This document shows positions 26,481 to 42,082 of a DNA stretch of 64,000 nucleotides, one piece after another (within the stretch, counting starts at the first letter, position 1; each line of letters opens with the position of its first letter). The notes under the pieces are model-generated. The model ran no database searches, was not told the origin of the DNA, and saw nothing but the letters and a program-made list of their open reading frames with translations. This stretch comes from the human T2T-CHM13v2.0 reference genome, Homo sapiens. The position numbers and the translations under genes are program-made. Location of the stretch: NCBI RefSeq assembly GCF_009914755.1, contig NC_060934.1; one strand, given 5' to 3'.

Positions 26481-26984
26481 CAGACACACCAAGTGACTTA
26501 CTGGTAAATTGGCGGGAGGGGGAAGCACACATCTGTAGTTAACATAAAGAAATTAAATCACCCATTTATCACCAAAAATGGCAATCAATTTAGTAAATAA
26601 AGTTAATAGAAAACACTCACTGAAACAAATTATAAAAGTGTATTTTAAAAATTAACAAACTTGCAATGTGTGTAAAAAGATGTTCATTTTGAAGGACAGG
26701 CCTCTCAGCAGGAACATTGTGCTGTCACTCTGTCCTAGACACTTCAGCATTCGGAGTGACAGCTAGTCTCACTGTCACCTTTGTTTCCTTTCAACCCAGA
26801 TAAAGGTTTATTCACTTATCTAGTCCAAAGATGTTCACTTTAAGTGGCAATGAGACTACACCCTGAAACTGTCCAACATTGCCATCATAATTTTCCTATA
26901 CACTAGCTTTAAATTGTTTACATTAAGGAAGTTTTATAGCCCCACTAAGCTAGGGATAAATGTAGTTATCAAAAATAAACTTTT

Positions 26985-29490
26985 GCCAGAGGAAATGGGA
27001 AAAAAGGAAGTAAAACGCATTCAAATTGGAAAAGAAGACATAAACTTCAGTATTCATAAATGGCATGATACTATATATAAGCAATCCCAAAGAATCCACA
27101 AGAAAGCTACTAGAGCAAATAAACAAATTCAGAGAAGTTACAAGGTATAAGAGCAACACTTAAAAATCAGTTGTATTACTACATACCAGCAATGAACAAT
27201 CAGAAAAGGAATCTTGAAGGCAATTCTGTTGACAATAGCATCTAAAAGAATAAAATACCTGGGAATAAATTTAACCAATGAGGTGAAAGATTTATACACT
27301 TAAAATCACAAAGCATTATTGAAAGAAATTAAATAAGACCTAACTAAATGGAATGACACACTAAGTTCATGGAAAGGAGGACAATATTGTCGAGACGTTA
27401 ATACTAACTAAAGCAACTCATATGGTTTGGCTCCATGTCCCCACCCAAATCTCATCTTGAATTCTAGTTTCCATAATCCCGACAAGCCGTGGGAGGGACC
27501 TAGTGGGAGGTAATCTAAGCATGGGGGTGGTTACCCTCATGCTGCTATTCTCAGGATAGTGAGTAAGTTCTCACAAGGTCTGATGGCTTTAGACGGGGCT
27601 TTTCCGGCTTTTGCTCTGCACTTCTGGCTGCCACTGTGTGAAGAAGGGCATGTTTGCTTCCCCTTCTGCCATGATTGTAAGTTACCTGAGGCCTCCCCAG
27701 GCCTGTGGAACTGTGAGTCAATTAAACCTCTTTCCTTTATAAATTACCCAGGCTCAGGTATTTCTTCACAGCAGCATGAGAACAGACTAATACAGCAACC
27801 TGCAGATTCAAGGCAATCTCTATCGAAAATTCCAACAGCCATTTTTGCAAAAGTGAAAAACCTCTTCTCAAATTTATAAATTGCAAGGGTACCAAATAGC
27901 CAAAACAATGTTGGAGAACTCAAACTTCCAAATTTCAGAATTTACTACAAAAGTACAGTAAACAAAACAGTGTGGTATCGGCATGAGGCATGAGAACAGA
28001 CATATAGATCAATTGAATTGAACTGAATTGAAAATTCAAATATAATCCTATACATCTGTCATGAATTGATGCTTGACAACAATGCCAAGTCCATCCAATG
28101 GGGATCAAATAGTCTCTTCAGTAGATGATATTGGGACAACTGGATTTTGCAATGCAAAAGAATGCAGATGGACCCCCTACTTCACACCACATACAGAAAT
28201 TAGCTCAAAATGGATCAAGGAGCTACATGTAAGAGCAAAAGCCATAATGCATTTAAAAGAAAACATAGTGGTAAATCTTCATGATCTTGGATTTGGAAAT
28301 TGATTCTTTCTTAAATATGACACCAAAAGCACAAGCAACAACAAAAAATAAATAAGTAAATTGGACTTTATCAAAATCAAAAACTTTTGTGCAACAAAAG
28401 ACATTATCAAGAAAGTGAAAAGACAATCTACAAAATGGTAGAAAATATTCAAAAGTACGTATCTGATAAAAGTTTAATATCCAGAATATATAAAAATCCA
28501 TACAACTTAAGAACAAAAAGACAACCCAATTTCAAAATGGGCAAAGGACTAGAATAGTCATTTCTTCAAAGAAGATTACATATAGTTGAACATAAAAAGA
28601 TGTTCAACATCACTAGTCATTAGGGAAATGAAAATCAGTACCACAATTACATACCAATTCACATCCACTGAGATAGCAATAATAATAATAATTTAAAAAC
28701 TGAAAATAACAAGTGTTGATGAGGATGAGGAGAAATAGAAACCCTCACACATTGTTGGTGGGAATGTAAGATGGTGCAGCACTATCAAAAACAGTTTGGC
28801 AGTTCCTCAAAAGTTAAAAAAGAGTTACCGTGTGTTCTATCAATTCAACTCCTAGTTATATACCTCGAAGAATCAAAATAGAGACTTAAACAGATATTCA
28901 TGCAGCAATGTTCCCCATAGCAGTATTCACAATAGTGAAAAGATGGAAACTACCCAAATTTCCATCAACAGGTGAATGAATAAACAAAATGTGACATATA
29001 CATGCAAGGGAATATTATTCAGCAATAAAAATGATTAAACTTCTGATACATACTACAATATGGATGAATCTTGAAAACATTATGCTAAGTGAAATAAGCC
29101 AAACACAAAAGGACAAATACTGTATGATTCCACTTAGGTGAGGTACCTCGAGTCTCATAAAGACAGAAGGTAAATCAGAATTTACCTGGGATTGGTTGGA
29201 GGGGAATGGGGTGTTAATGCTCACTGGCCATGGAGCTTCAGTTCAGAGTTATAAAAACATTTCGGAAATAGTGGTAATGGTAGCACAACACTGTGAGTGG
29301 AATTAATGGCATTGAATTGTATACTTGAAATGGTTAAAATGGCAAATTTTATGTGATATATACCACTGTTTTAAAAATTAAAAATTAATAAAAGTAACAT
29401 TACTGAAAACCATTGAATTGTGTACTTTAAGTTTGTGAATTGTATGGCATGTGATTTATAGCTCCATAAAGCTGTTAAAAATAAAAATAC
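26985..29490 (+). mobile_element. Old L1 (L1MB-like), ORF2 3' part and 3' UTR
   Basis: Degenerate ORF2 (cctgggaataaatttaaccaa..., ggaccccctacttcacacc...) and an L1MB-type 3' end. Confidence 0.85.
27418..27794 (+). mobile_element. THE1 (C/D) MaLR LTR nested in L1
   Basis: Perfect TSD gcaac; contains ctgtgagtcaattaaacctctttcc. Confidence 0.92.
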
Positions 29491-31766
29491 AAAATATTCA
29501 CCTCAAAGTCATGTTTACTGGATGTAACATAGATTGGTTTTTGTTTTATTCTTTTTTTCTCCTTTCCCATTTGTAATAGTTTCAGACTATTATAAACACT
29601 TCCATGCTTTTATCAACACTAAAACAATGTTGTCAGTTAATAAGTGAATTCCATTAGAAGTATAAATATGCTCGCTAAATTAAAATTGGAAACTGCCATC
29701 AGAATTATCTTAGTTCTGCATTGATCTAGGTCTCTTGTCACACATTCAGAATGCCACTTCGCACAGTATCTGCACGTAATGGATATAAGATAAACTTAAT
29801 AATAATTTATATGAATGCATGATAAGGGAGAAAAACTTATATGATCCATGCAACTTCCTTTCCTCTACTCAAAATTTCTAAGTCAGTTCCTTTATCATCA
29901 TTATTCCTAGAGGTGGTTATATTCTTTAGAACCTCAATTCTTACAACTCACTTATTCATTGGGGGAAAAAAAATCAACTGCTTAAGAGCTACCGGCATAT
30001 TGACAAATACAGTAAGTCAAACATTGCATTTTTTTTTTTTTTGGCCTGATGAAGACTCATCATTACACCATTGAGTTTCAGAACTGGCAGGAAACTTTAT
30101 AATGAAACAAACATTTTATTTCCCTCATGTAAGGATCCACCATTTTAAGTAAAATTGCCTGTGTTTGAATGTCAAATTGACATAGTTGATGAAAATGGAA
30201 AATCATAATATTGAACTTGAAATACTAAATGTATAGAGTGACACTAGCAATTTCCTTCATGGAAGAATCTGTGGACGGTGTAATAGTTTACCTTATAAAT
30301 AAATAGGAAAGACATTAAAATTTAAGTCTAATAGTCCAGGGATTTTCAAGAATGGGAGATATATCTTTAATCTAGGAAAAATAAAAGCAATTTGAGACTA
30401 CTAAAAAACAAAAGTTGAAGTAGGAAGGATTTGCCATTCCTCACCTTCCAATACTCACACTGAAACCCTTTCTTCTTTTATTACAACTCCACATCCTTAC
30501 TCTTAAATATCATCTTCCTTCTTTGTAGTTACCCAAATCTTGAAGGCCAGACACCTTCAAATGTTTTTTCATTTTAATAGAAAATTATTTCAGACTTAAA
30601 ACCCTTTCAGAAGACAAGTAGCTTCAATAATTGAATTAACAGAGCTGAGAATTATATAAATTTACCTGGCTTCTGCCTGCTGACCGTGGTCTGGGTCATC
30701 TGGAGTCCCAGCAGTTTAAGACCAAAAATAATTGCTTCATATCAAGATCTTTTGTGTTGCTTCTGCCTCACACCCTTGCAACTGACGGCCAAGCTGGTCC
30801 CTTCAGCTCCTGGTTGTATGCTCAGGCTTTGACCATCTGTCCTGTCTAGCCCTGTGGTTTGGGTTTCCTCCTGCTTCCTGATTTCATGCCTGATTTCAGC
30901 CTCTTAATTTTTCTGAGCTCTTGGTGTCAGTGTCTGTCTTATCTTTACTTAGTTCCTAATTTCTATTATGTTTTGATCATCCCTACTTCCATGTCCAATT
31001 TTTCCTGCTTTGGTATTTTGATGCATTTCAAAACTACACTTCACTCCCTACCCAATCTCAACTCCAAGATCATCCCTGGCTCAGTTCATGCACTAACCAT
31101 GCTATGTACTGAGATTACTACTCCGAGAATTTAACATAGACTAGTCTTGAATAAAGTAAAGGCAAAGAGTCAAACACAACTTAATCAAATTAATCAGAGC
31201 AACTAATAAGCATTCAATTAGTGCTTAAGGAATTAACAGATATTTGTTGACTCAATTCAGACTTTTTTCAATAATAACCCACAAAATAGATGCATATGGC
31301 CCTATTCATCAATAAGCAAAATGTACCCGCGGTGAGGGTGAAACATTTAATCTATTGTATATTTAAGCCAGTGGAGATCAGGAAGCTTAAAAGACACTGA
31401 ATCCACAGGGACAATGTATTGCCAGCCAAACATAATTAGCTAGATTAGACTGTTAGGCTCACTGATGCTGCAGTTTCTTTGAAAAGGACCATGTGGTTTG
31501 GTAGATGACAATAGGCAGTTATGCCTATGGCAATTTGTTTTCAGAAATCAAATCAGTAAGAGCCCCCTTCTTGCTACATTTTATTTTGGGATTTAGAATT
31601 ATATTACTGACAAACATTAATTTTCACTGTATCCTGAATAGGCAAAAAATATACATTATACATACATTATACATTGTGTTATACAATTATCATACATTAT
31701 ATATTTGTTACTCGTGTCATTAAGCTCTTAAAACAATCATCCTGGAATTGGTCTTCCATTCTCCAT

Positions 31767-31875
31767 TGTGTGTGTGTGTGTGTGTACACATGCATGTATA
31801 GGATCCTTTCTTATGTGTGTGTGTGTGTACACATGTGTGTATAGGATCCTTTCGTGTGTGTGTGTGTGTGTGTGT
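31767..31875. repeat. Compound (TG)n with a duplicated tataggatcctttc spacer
   Basis: Seen directly in the sequence. Confidence 0.85.
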
Positions 31876-31881
31876 ATTTAG

Positions 31882-32295
<414 letters not shown>

Positions 32296-32905
32296 TATAA
32301 GTCTATTAATTCTTAAGTAAAGTATAAAAGGAAAATAATCATATGGAGCCCAGTTAATTATAGTGAATTATGCACATGTAGTCCAATATGTGATATTACC
32401 AAGGGCTTGCTGTTTTTGAGTTTCATGAAACACTACCCTAAAGAACTTTTCAAAACAGTTGTATTTAAATTTGCTGATTAAAATGTTAAAGACTATGACT
32501 CATGTGCTACAGATCTTTATGACAGATACTGTCATGGAAAACAGTCTTCAGGATGTAGTGGTTTGGCACTGTGCAGTGTAAAGGACTTCAAGATGGCCTT
32601 TCTTTATCACTAGTACAGCTTCATATTACATTGTTCTTTCTAATGTTGGACACTTTGCACTGAGTAATATTTTAAGAAATCAACATTAAGACTAACTTTT
32701 GCAATTTCTTTTATTTGCCTGAGTTTATTTGGATCTAAACACTCAGAGTTCAAATTACATTTGCTTTCCTGAATGTGGTTGCCTTGGTGTCCTGCAAAAA
32801 ATAAAAAATAAAAAACAAACTTTACTTATGGTAATACATTCATGAAAATAAGTGTGCTGGCTAGACAACATGTCTCTCAAAAGTTTCTAACAAACAATAA
32901 CCTGA

Positions 32906-33112
<207 letters not shown>

Positions 33113-33619
33113 TGAACCAGTGTTGCTTGATCATGTTTCTACATCATAACTAAAAGAAATGTTTTAGTGGAGTTATTTCAATTGGGGATAGAAAGGAGTT
33201 TCCATCTCTATAAATATGCTGTGAGAATTGTCCATTTCAGGACAGTTTCAGTCTGCTTGTAAGATCACTTCACTGTTAAATGGTGTTGTGGTCACTATTT
33301 ATACTCAAAAAGAGCTGAAAAATCTGGGAAATATCAGTTTAACCCACAGAGTATTAGTCAGCTGCTTACAGTAACTATTCATTGAATGTCTTTCATATTT
33401 TATTTTCAAAAACAAAAGAGAGGATAGCATTCTATGTTCTGTTTAAATTTAGGGTGACTAGTGAGGGCCATTACCTGATAACTTAGAAGAGAAAAAACAA
33501 ATGAGAATGTATTACATCTTCCTTGGCCCTTTTTGGGGCTACCCCTTATTTTTATAAGCAGGGAGAAAATGGCAAGGAAAACCTTTCTTGTTCCTTTTTT
33601 AGATTTTTTATATTTTAAG

Positions 33620-33749
33620 TCATTTTTAGGTATAGTTGACAAAACTTTTATATGTTTAAGGTATACATTATATTTTACTATAGGTATACATTGTGAAGTG
33701 ATTACTACAATGAAACTATTTAAAATATCTATCACCTCACATAGTTTAC

Positions 33750-33782
<33 letters not shown>

Positions 33783-33915
33783 AAAACATTTAGGATCTCT
33801 CTTAGCAAATTTTGAGTATATCACACATTATTATAGTCACATGCTATACATTAGATCCCCAGAATTTATACATCCTGCACAAAAACTTTGCACTCTTTGA
33901 TCAATATCTCATTCC
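33620..33915 (-). mobile_element. L1MA-type 3' end with (TG)n
   Basis: tatacattgtgaagtgattactacaat...atcacctcacatagtt. Confidence 0.7.
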
Positions 33916-34520
33916 TTTCTTTTTATTTTCCCATTCCTTTCTTAAGTAAGTGTTATGAGAATTCATCTGGATATAAAGTAAGTTTAGTTATGACACACCA
34001 CTTCCGAACTGTAAAAGTTTTATTACATCTGAGTTTAGAGCTATATAAAATTCACTCCTTATAAAATGAGTATTATAGAAAGCTAAAGTTTTAATTATTC
34101 TCTTTCTTTATGAAAATAGGTCACAGTTTTTTATCTTGTTCCTGGTTATGAAAATGAGTAGCAAGGTATCAGGTCAGGTGGTTTCTGGTAGTTTAAGAGC
34201 CTTGAGTGCTGTGGCCGAAGCCTAACAAAGCACTTGACTTTTTAATTTTTGTGTTTTAATCAATAATGATATGATACACACTTTTAGTATTGTTTTGGTA
34301 GGAATGAAAACGGGAAGTAAATGATTTCCTAAAGCACAGAGAAAATGAATTTAGATGATTCGACAAGTAAATCAAGACAGAGTAAAAATGAAAAGGGAGA
34401 CCTACTTCATGGATAAAAAAACACATACACATTTAAGAAAACAAATGTAATATATCTTTTTGACAAAATAGGATGGTGTAATATAAATATATTTTCATTT
34501 TTACTGGAGAAAGAAAATCT

Positions 34521-34821
<301 letters not shown>

Positions 34822-36373
34822 AGAACATTTAATATTTTTTATCCTCAGCTTAGTTTAACTTTTAGTGTCTGAAAGGTACACATGAGATAAGGAATTAAAG
34901 TGAGATCTTTTCAATTTTATGTTTTTTGTATTAGTGCCTCATAAACTTGTAGTAACTAAAAAGTGGCTCGATAGGTATTATGGATTCTTTACTTTCTACT
35001 GAGATGGATTCTGTTGCATTCAGATTTGTACTTCTCAGCAAGTACAGGAAGGGGCCTCCATCAAAGACCCACCTTTCAACCTGCTTTCAAAATGGTTTCC
35101 ACTGTGTGTGAGTGTGGTGGTGTAATGGATGACTTGAGAGCACCTCAGAAGTGATTTATGTTTATTTTCTATTTCGATAAAAGAAAAATTCCTTTTTCAT
35201 TTTCTGTTTTCCTTTCATTATGAATGGCTAAAGAAGAAATCCTGGCACATCTCCTGACCTTTGTGGCTATTTTGATTTCTATTGTTTCAGAAACAAATGA
35301 CTTTGTATTGATTAAACTAGGTCTACTTTCCCCATCATCAGAAAGATAGACTTCTCTAAGTCTATCTTTCAAACTATGTTTTAAATTATTGGAGAAAACT
35401 CTCACATTCTGATACAGAAATGGAGAGAATATTCATGGCAACATTCGTTGGCAATTCATGCCAATATTCATGGCAATATTCATTGTAAGCAACTGCCACG
35501 TGCCCATCAGCCAGCTTCAAGGACTGTCAACCCATGGTCATTGTTGTTTCACCTCTACTGCCCTCCATTTCCTCACCCTCCAGAAGGTTTTCAAACAAAT
35601 TTCAAATATCATTTAATTTCAACTGTAAAGACTTCAGTTGTGTTTTTAAAGGACAAGGACTTTTAAAAATGTAACTGCAGGATCATCCCTAAACATTTAA
35701 CAAGAATGTCTTGAGGCCATCAAACATTCAGTATTCATCCTACCCCAATTGTCTCATTAAAACCTAAAAGGTTTTCTTTTGGGGTTTTGTGTTGTTGCTA
35801 TATTTTAAAAATCAGAAATTTTAGAAGGTATATGCATCCAAATGGGTAGATATGGCTCTTAAATCTCTTTTCATCTCTAGGTTCCATTCTGTCTTATTTT
35901 TTTTTCTTGCACATTATTTGTTGAAGAAACCAGATTGCTTGTCCTATAGAATTTCCCACGTTTTATATTATATATATATATAATATATATAATTATAGTT
36001 TACAGGAAACTTAAATGAAATGGCATTTAAACTTATATAAAATGCTTTTATTTACTTAAAGGCATTGGTTTTGTTTTGTTTTGTCTAACCTAACTATATT
36101 CAATACAGAAGGCTTAGTGAAACCAGCACCAGAGAAAGCAGTAGTCGAAATATTGGTCATTGCATTTCCCCACCCCACCAGAGGTGAGGCAGTGGTGCCT
36201 AAGTCCTGAGGACCCCAGGATACATGGAATCTAGGCTTGTGTCAGAAACTCAAGCAGTGTGGGCTGTAGGTGCTGGAAGAAGAGTCAGGGATGTTCTAGT
36301 TATTACTCCAGTGAAAATCCATTGGGACCTTTGCTGCATTCTGCGTGATCTTTAAAGAGTTTTCTTATCTTAA

Positions 36374-36496
<123 letters not shown>

Positions 36497-36740
36497 CAGC
36501 ATCGAGACCAAGTCTGATCCAACATGTGTAGTTTCTAGAAAATTGAAGTCTCCACAATCTGATAGAAACTCATCTTCTACAATGGTAAAAAGAGAAAGGA
36601 TTGTAAATGCCAGTGTAATTATAACATTTATGAATGAATTTTCTTGCAGAATATAGAGAATGTTTATATGGAATCAGAATCAGTACCTTATCTTCACTGA
36701 ACATCTGAATATTTTAATAAAATTTCTATTTAATCAAGTT
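36497..36740 (+). other. MALRD1: MALRD1 3' UTR (about 240 nt)
   Basis: Runs from the stop codon to the predicted cleavage site about 15-20 nt after AATAAA. Confidence 0.75.
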
Positions 36741-36770
36741 TCTTGTTTTTCTTTGATTTTATCTTTTTTT
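36716..36770 (+). terminator. Polyadenylation signal AATAAA plus U/GU-rich downstream element
   Basis: AATAAA at 36716-36721, CA at about 36735-36736, followed by gtttcttgtttttctttgatttt. Confidence 0.8.
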
Positions 36771-38394
36771 AAATGATGAATGAATTTGTTTCAGATTCTG
36801 AATATAAAGAAGTTTTAAAATGCTCTTTCTTTGCCGTATAGCTTAGAAACACAGGTGAACTGACTTGGTGTACACACGGGCAGAAATGAACAAATCAAAG
36901 AAATCCAAGGCAACATAATCATAAGTTGTTTCAGCACTTTGTAAAAAAATGTGATAAATTATCCTCCTATTCTTGCCTTTTTCAAATAATTACTTAATGC
37001 TTTTCTATAGACGTAAAAATAATGCTAAACCTATGAGTTAAGAAGCTTGTAGCTACAAGAAACTGAAAACTCCCCAAGCGAATGTCTTGAATCATGTGGC
37101 AATAATTACCCCCCAAACCAGGAAATTAGGAGATGGAGCCCCTCTTAACGATGGTCGTTGCAACACTTCCATGACCCCAGTAAGGACCTCATTGGTTGAT
37201 GAGTTTCACTTCCCAGCCTGTGCTCTCAGGTTAGCTTTCCTACAGGTTAGATGAGGGCTCCATGAGCTGCAGCATCGTTGTGTTCGCAGTAAAGTTCAGA
37301 GGCAGAGAAAGGCCCATTTCTTTCTGCTTTTCATGTTTTACCAGCAAAAAAATCCCTTCCCCCACGCACTTCCCTCCACAGCATTCTTCTTATTGGCCAG
37401 CATAAACGTGGAGCTCAGGCTAAGCCAATCTCTTCAAAGGCAATGAGGCCACCATGATTGGCTGGAACTCTTCACTTATACCCCCTGCCGCTGAGAGTAG
37501 CTGTGAAGCACCTTGTGAAGCAGATGACGGTAGGTTCTTAAACGAAGTTGAAGTTAGGAAAGTTGAAGGGGATTATATCTATTAGGCAGCAATCAGCATC
37601 TAAAGGAGAGAAATGTTCCTCTCTCTAGTAATGTGTCCTGCAATCATTTCAGTGGATTTAGATAGAATGGATTAACAATCTGCCCAGGCTTTGCCCTGAA
37701 GGTGTTGAAGAGGAGAAAAGGCGTTGAAGAGGGAGTCACTACCACGTGATAATCTGGGATATTTCTAAGCCGAATAGAAAGTCAGTTGTATACCATGTAA
37801 GTTTCATTATTCTATTAGTGTCTTTTGTAAAAGTATAGTCTGGCAGGGAAATATTATTTCTCATCAATGTTGCAGTAAATTGATCTCAAATTTTATCTAA
37901 ATTAATTTTTTGAATGCATTATTCTTTTGCTCTGTATTATCTTTTTCTAATTGCTGCTTTCATATTGACACCAACGTTTTTGATTTGAGAAATATTAACA
38001 CAAGGAAAGATCAGTAGTAGTAGCAGGTGTTGTTCCTGTCCTTGACTCAGTCTGAATCTTGGCATTGTGGGACATATGCACTTTTGAAAGCTGCATTTGT
38101 TTTAGCTTAAAACTACTAATGTTATCCACATAGATTCAGAATCTTTGCTTAAGCATACAGTATTCTTTTAAAAAGAATAGAATTAAAATTCAGCTGTGGT
38201 CTCAGTAAAGAACTTGAGGCTACTACATGAAAAATGTAGGAAAATGCAATTCCTTACACAAAAGATAATAAAGATTATTGTACAACATCAACTGGCCTGC
38301 TTCACAGGGATATTGAGAGAATTCATGACATACAAGGAGCCCCAAATACAGGTTAGTGACAGAAAATCAACAAAGAACAGAAATGAGAGTACTC

Positions 38395-39987
38395 TTTTTT
38401 TTTTTTTTTTAATTAAATCTACTTTAAGTTCTGGGCTACATGTGCAGAACGTGCAGGTTTGTTACATAGGTATACATGTGCCATGGTGATTGGCTGCACC
38501 CGTCAACCACTCATCTACCTTAAGTATTTGCTCTAATGCTCTCCTTCCCCTAGCCGCTCGCCCCCCAACAGGCCCCGGTGTGTGATGTTCTCTCCCTGTG
38601 CTCGTGTGTTCTTACTGTTCAGCATCCACTTATCAGTGAGAACATGTGGTGTTTGGTTTTCTGTTCCTGTATTAGTTTGCTGAGAATGATGGTTTCCAGC
38701 TTCATCCATGTCCCTGCAAAGGGCATGAACTCATTCTTTTTTATGGCTGCATAGTATACCATGGTGTATATGTGCCTCATTTTCTTTATCCAGTCTGTCA
38801 ATTAAGGGCATTTGGGTTGGTTCCAAGTCTTTGTTATTGTGAATAGTGCTGCAATAAACATATGTGTGCATGTGTCTTTATAGTAGAATGGTTTACTGCC
38901 CAAAGTAATTTATAGATTAAATGCTATCCCCATCTGGCTACCATTGACTTTCTTCACAGAATAAGAAAAAAACTACTTTAAATTTCATATGGAACCAAAA
39001 AAGAGTCTGTATAGCCAAGACAATCCTAAGCAAAAAGAATAAAGCTAGAGGCATCATGCTACCTGACTTCAAACTATGCTACAAGGCTATAGTAACCAAA
39101 ACAGCATGGTACTTATACCAAAACAGACATATAGACCAATGGAACAGAACAGAGGCCTCAGAAATAACACCACACATCTACAACCATCTGATCTTTGAGA
39201 AACCTGACAAAAACAAGCAATAGGGGAAGGATTCCCTATTTAATAAATGCTGTTGGGAAAATGGGCTAGCAATATGCAGAAAACTGAAACGGGACCCTTT
39301 CCTTACACCTTATACAAAAATTAACTCAAGATGGATTAAAAACTTACATGTTAGACCTAAAACCATAAAAACCCTAGAAGAAAACCTAGGCAATACCATT
39401 CAGGACATAGGCATGGGCAAAGACTTCATGACTAAAATACCAAAAGCAATGGCAACAAAAGCCATAATTGACAAATGGGATCTAATTAAACTAAAGACCT
39501 TCTGCACAGCAAAAGAAACTATCATCAGAGTGAACAGACAGCCTACAGAATGGGAGAAAATTTTTGCAATCTATCCATCTGACAAAGGACTAATATCCAG
39601 AATCTACAAGGAACTTAAACAAATTTACAAGAAAAAAAAAACCATCAAAAAGTGGGCAAAGGATACGAACAGACACTTCTCAAAAGAAGACATTTATGCA
39701 GCCAACAAACATATGAAAAAAAGCTCATCATCACTGGTCATCAGAGAAATGCAAATTAAAACCACAATGAGATACCATCTCACGCCAGTTGGAATGGTGA
39801 TCATTAAAAATTCAGGAAACAGCAGATCCTGGAGAGGATGTGGAGAAATAGGAATGCTTTTACCCTGTTGTTGGGAGTGCAAATTAGTTCAACCATTGCG
39901 GAAGACAGTGTGGCAATTCCTCAAAGATCTAGAACCAGGAATACCATTTGACCCAGCAATCCCATTACTGGGTATACACCCAAAGGA
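38395..39987 (-). mobile_element. L1PA insertion with a 5' inversion (twin priming)
   Basis: Antisense 3' UTR at 38395-38895 and sense ORF2 C-terminus at 38894-39987 (the 39413 ORF is an ORF2p remnant). TSD gagagtactctt. Confidence 0.93.
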
Positions 39988-40477
39988 GAGTACTCTTAAG
40001 GGTATTTAAATTTTTCTTCAGGTGCAAGTTATATGCACCCTAAACTGCTTAAAGCAAGTAGTTAATAAGGTGTTATAAATACAGATTGCAATTCTGTGAA
40101 CCAAAAAAATAAAACTGATTTTTCTTATTCAATATGTAAAATAGTTTCAGTGCCCTTGTTCAGTTTTCTTTATTTGATATGAGATTCAGAAATGAAGAAT
40201 GTAGTTTTCTTTGCATCATTTTTCTTTGGAGAACATTTTGGCATAAGTCCAAATTTGCACCATTGTGTTTGCAAAAATAGGCAAAGGTGTAAGGAGGGAA
40301 AACCAGCAGTGTACAGTGCCCAGAATTATACAACCTATTTTTCAAAACATACTTTAAGCATACAATTATATAACAACAGCAACAAGAAACACAAGTAAGT
40401 ATGGATTATCTGCCAAATACTGTTCTAAGTATTTTATGTATTTTAACTCATGTAAATGTAAATAACATACCATATAC

Positions 40478-41708
40478 TACTGTAGTAACTAGCCATATGT
40501 GGCTATTTAATTTGAAATTTAAATTACTTAAAATTACATATATATTTTTAAACTTTTATGTTTGGGGGTACATGTGCAGGGTTGTTATGTAGGTAAACTT
40601 GTGTCATGGGAGTTTGTTGTACAGATTATTTTGTCACACAGGTATTAAGCCTAGGACCCATTTTTCTTGATCCTCTCCCTCCCTCTATCCTCTACCCTTC
40701 AATAGGCGCCAGTGTCTGTTGTTCCCCACTATGTGTTCTCATCATTTAGCTCCCACTTGCAAGTGATAATATGCATACCCTTAAGCATATTGTTTTCTGT
40801 TCCCATGTTAGTTTGCTAAGGTTAATGGCTTCTAGCTCCACCCATGTTCCTGTAAAGGACATGATCTCATTCTTTTTTAGGGCTGCATACTATTCTATGG
40901 TGTATATGTACCACATTTTCTTTATCCAGTCTACCATTGACAAGCCTTTAGGTTGATTCTATGTCTTTGCTATTGTGAAAAGTGCTGCAATGAACATATG
41001 TGTGCATGTGTTTTCATAATAGAACAATTTATATTCCTTTGGGTATATCTCTCATAATGGGATTTCTGGGGCAAGTGGTTGTTCTGTTTTTAGTTCTTTG
41101 AGGAATCACCACACTGCTTTCCACAATGGTTGAACTGATTTACACTTCTATGAAGAGTGCATAAGCATTCCTTTTTCTCTGCAACCTCGTCAACATCTTG
41201 CCAGTTATTTTCTGACTTTTCGATAATGGCCATTCTGACTGTTGTGAGATAGTATCTTACTGTGGTTTTGATTTGCATCTCTCTAATGATCAGTAATGTT
41301 GAGCTTTTTTTTTAATATGCTTGTTGGCTGCATGTATGTCTTCTTTTGAGAAGAGTCTGTTCATGTCCTTCACCTACATTTTAATGGGGTTTGTTTTTCT
41401 CTTATAAATTTGTTTAAGTTTCTTATAGATTCTGGATAATAGACCTTTGTCAGATGCATAGTTTATAAAAATTTTCTCCATTTGCAGGTTGTCTTTTTAC
41501 TCTGTTGATAGTTTCTTTTGCTGTGCAGAAGCTCTTTAGTTTAATTAGATTCCATCTGTCAATAAAATTAAATGAAATCTAAAATGTAGTTCCTCAGACG
41601 CACTAGCTACATTCCAAGTGCTCAGTAGCTAAATGTGCCAGTAGCTACTATATTGGGCAACTAGAGAACGTTGCCATCATCCCAATAAGTTATTTTGGTG
41701 AGCATTAG
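40478..41708. mobile_element. MER3 hAT fossil split by an antisense older L1PA/PB 3' segment (40546-41563)
   Basis: MER3 halves tagccatatgtggctatttaa and ttcctcagacgcactagctacattccaagtgctc flank L1 sequence. Confidence 0.8.
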
Positions 41709-41750
41709 CTTAGAACAATGTTGAAATAATGTACTATAAATAGTACAGTA

Positions 41751-42082
<332 letters not shown>

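Noticed and set aside
39413-40009. 198-aa ORF, the longest in the track
   Set aside because: It is the L1 ORF2p C-terminal remnant in the inverted part of a truncated L1, with stops upstream; not a host gene.
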